IMG/VR virus record: IMGVR_UViG_3300018489_000278
DNA length: 27,451 bases
Origin: a virus
Lineage: Duplodnaviria; Heunggongvirae; Uroviricota; Caudoviricetes
Direction: 5' to 3' (one strand)
The translations under genes and the position numbers were made by a program. This document shows, piece by piece, positions 25,803 to 27,451 of the stretch (position 1 is its first letter; each line of letters starts with the position of its first letter). The notes under the pieces are model-generated. The model saw only the letters and a program-made list of their open reading frames with translations, was not told where the DNA came from and did no database searches.

Positions 25803-27451
25803 TAATTATTATACTCTTGTAGTTCCTTATGCGACAACTTCTTTAGAAGGTGTTTTTGATTTAAACGCTGTTGTCTATACAGATGAGCAGAATAAAAATG
25901 TACCAGCGCATACATCTATTATGCTACCTGATACGGATACTGCAGATGACATTAGTAATATTTTTTTCTCTAAAGGTATCCCTGTTGATATTATAATTGG
26001 TAGTCAAACACAGCTTGTATCAAACGGCAAGCCTTGTTTTTTCGAAGAAGCACCTATTAATGAAAAATACTCGATTGTTTTTCATGAACTAAATCATATT
26101 GTTATTACATATAATCCATACATACATGAAGTTAGAAAAAGTATAGGCAACTTTTTAGACAAACTTACTAATAATATTCTGCATGATTTTATTGTAGATA
26201 CGATAGGCACTGCTATCCAAAATGAAAACTCAATGATGAAAATGGCATTAAAAAATACGGCTATCGATAAGTACCATTATTATAACTACCTAAAGAATTG
26301 GAAAGGAACAACAGGCGATCTGGTAAGATTTTTATATGGTTATACGGTAGAAGGCATAGAATATCCTTTTCCTGCTATTGATGGATTGTCCCAAGAAGAC
26401 TATAACAATCTGAAAGATGCATGGAAGAATTTACGGAATGGCATAAAAGCAATACGAGATAAGATAGACAAAAGGCAAGATGGATATTTTGATTTTTGGC
26501 ATTCTAATAGGATTTTTTCTGTTGAAGATCCTACAAAAATTATACGCGACATTAGAGATGTTCTTACATTGTTTAAAGATAGTTTAAAAGAAATAGATAA
26601 TAATGTCCAAAATGTTTCTCAAAATTGTATACGAAGCATACTAGAGAACATGGCAAAAAAAGAGCAGTCTGAGCAGAGTCAGAACAAAGATTTCCAAAGC
26701 TATACGGAAGTTATTTTTGTTGACGCAAAAGGTCAAGCGTTGTCAGATAGAAGTGGTGAAGACGGATTAAAAAATTATTTGTATAGCATAAAACAAGTAA
26801 CGTCTTCACATAAAGTTGATGTTGGCGGGCTTATAAAATCGCAATGTCCTCCTGAAATTCGTAGTTATGCTAAACAAGTTGCACGAAAACTTATAAGCAA
26901 TACTCGTTTGAGAATTATTTCAGAGCAAGCTAATGTATATGGGCACAATGTTATAATCGGTAAAGAAGCAGATTTTTCAGACGGTGAAGTTAATATGGAA
27001 AGGATTGTTGATAATTATGCAACTATACTTAAAGGCAACGCAGAAAGTGTACCTTTTTATGATTCTTATCATATAAAACCACTTCCAAAAATATCTATTC
27101 TTATTGTTACGGATGTATCTGGTTCGATGGAGATGCTGAATATGACATTAAAACCATTTTTGTCCGTTTTTTATTTAGAAGGTCTTAATACATTGTTTGA
27201 TATTAATATTGTTGATTTTTCTGAATCAGTAGTGAAAGAACCTAAATCAAAAATGGTACTGCCTTGTATTATTGCTATATTGCAGGTGAAGGAGGAACAG
27301 ATCCTTTTGCGTTAGATAATTTACCTGTGTGGAAAATATCATTAGAGAGACAAGACCGGAAATAGTTCTTTTTACAGTGATTTTAAGTTTGATACATCAT
27401 TGTTTTCTGATTAGTAGGGACCCAGATCCTGAACATCTTACATTGCATATG
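25786..27451 (+). CDS. HExxH peptidase plus VWA protein, copy 2; 3' end frameshifted and possibly running off the window
   Basis: HELNH at 26083-26097, DKYHYYN shared with copy 1, MIDAS DVSGS at 27112-27126. Adding one base at each of 27249-27253, 27333-27336 and 27369-27373 restores GGTDP…NLPVWKNIIRE…YSDF, matching copy 1. The track stop is 27315. Confidence 0.75.

Larger units (their letters stand above)
1..27451 (+). mobile_element. Segment of a probable large plasmid or ICE-like element
   Basis: ParM-like, HU-like, TopB, SSB-like, DUF1064 and pilus genes among many orphans, single coding strand, no housekeeping genes. No boundary, relaxase or T4SS core gene is seen. Confidence 0.6.

Noticed and set aside
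2542-27451. Calling the frameshifted genes pseudogenes
   Set aside because: Breaks lie in homopolymers, are nearly all one base short, and the flanking sequence retains intact motifs, so sequencing error is more parsimonious.
1-27451. Prophage or phage interpretation; tRNA/rRNA genes; intrinsic terminators
   Set aside because: No terminase, portal, capsid, tail or integrase motifs were recognised, although DUF1064 and AAA/VWA pairs do occur in phages so it is not excluded. No structured RNA or convincing GC-rich hairpin plus U-tract was seen by eye.

Overview
An AT-rich, gene-dense stretch of about 34 genes, all on the + strand. It looks like part of a large mobile element (plasmid or ICE-like). 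Supporting this are a ParM/StbA-family actin ATPase, an HU-like protein, topoisomerase III, a probable diverged SSB, DUF1064 and a type IV pilus-like operon (prepilin peptidase, PilM/N/O-like proteins, PilT-like ATPase). No relaxase, VirB4, VirD4, integrase, capsid or housekeeping gene is visible, so the replicon type cannot be fixed. The right third carries two tandem, diverged copies of a two-gene module: a MoxR/McrB-like AAA+ NTPase plus an HExxH-peptidase/VWA protein. Both NTPases have an unusual Walker B (NEFNR). A stand-alone NrdD-type glycyl-radical domain sits among orphan genes on the left. The most striking unexplained signal is that 10 of about 33 complete proteins end in exactly Glu-Arg-stop, usually after acidic or polar residues. 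Four different Arg codons and all three stop codons are used, which suggests a protein-level C-terminal tag such as a translocation signal or degron. More than ten genes are broken at homopolymer runs, almost all repaired by adding one base. These are most likely long-read sequencing errors, so I report the repaired genes rather than pseudogenes. Family assignments come from motif recognition by eye only; no searches were run.
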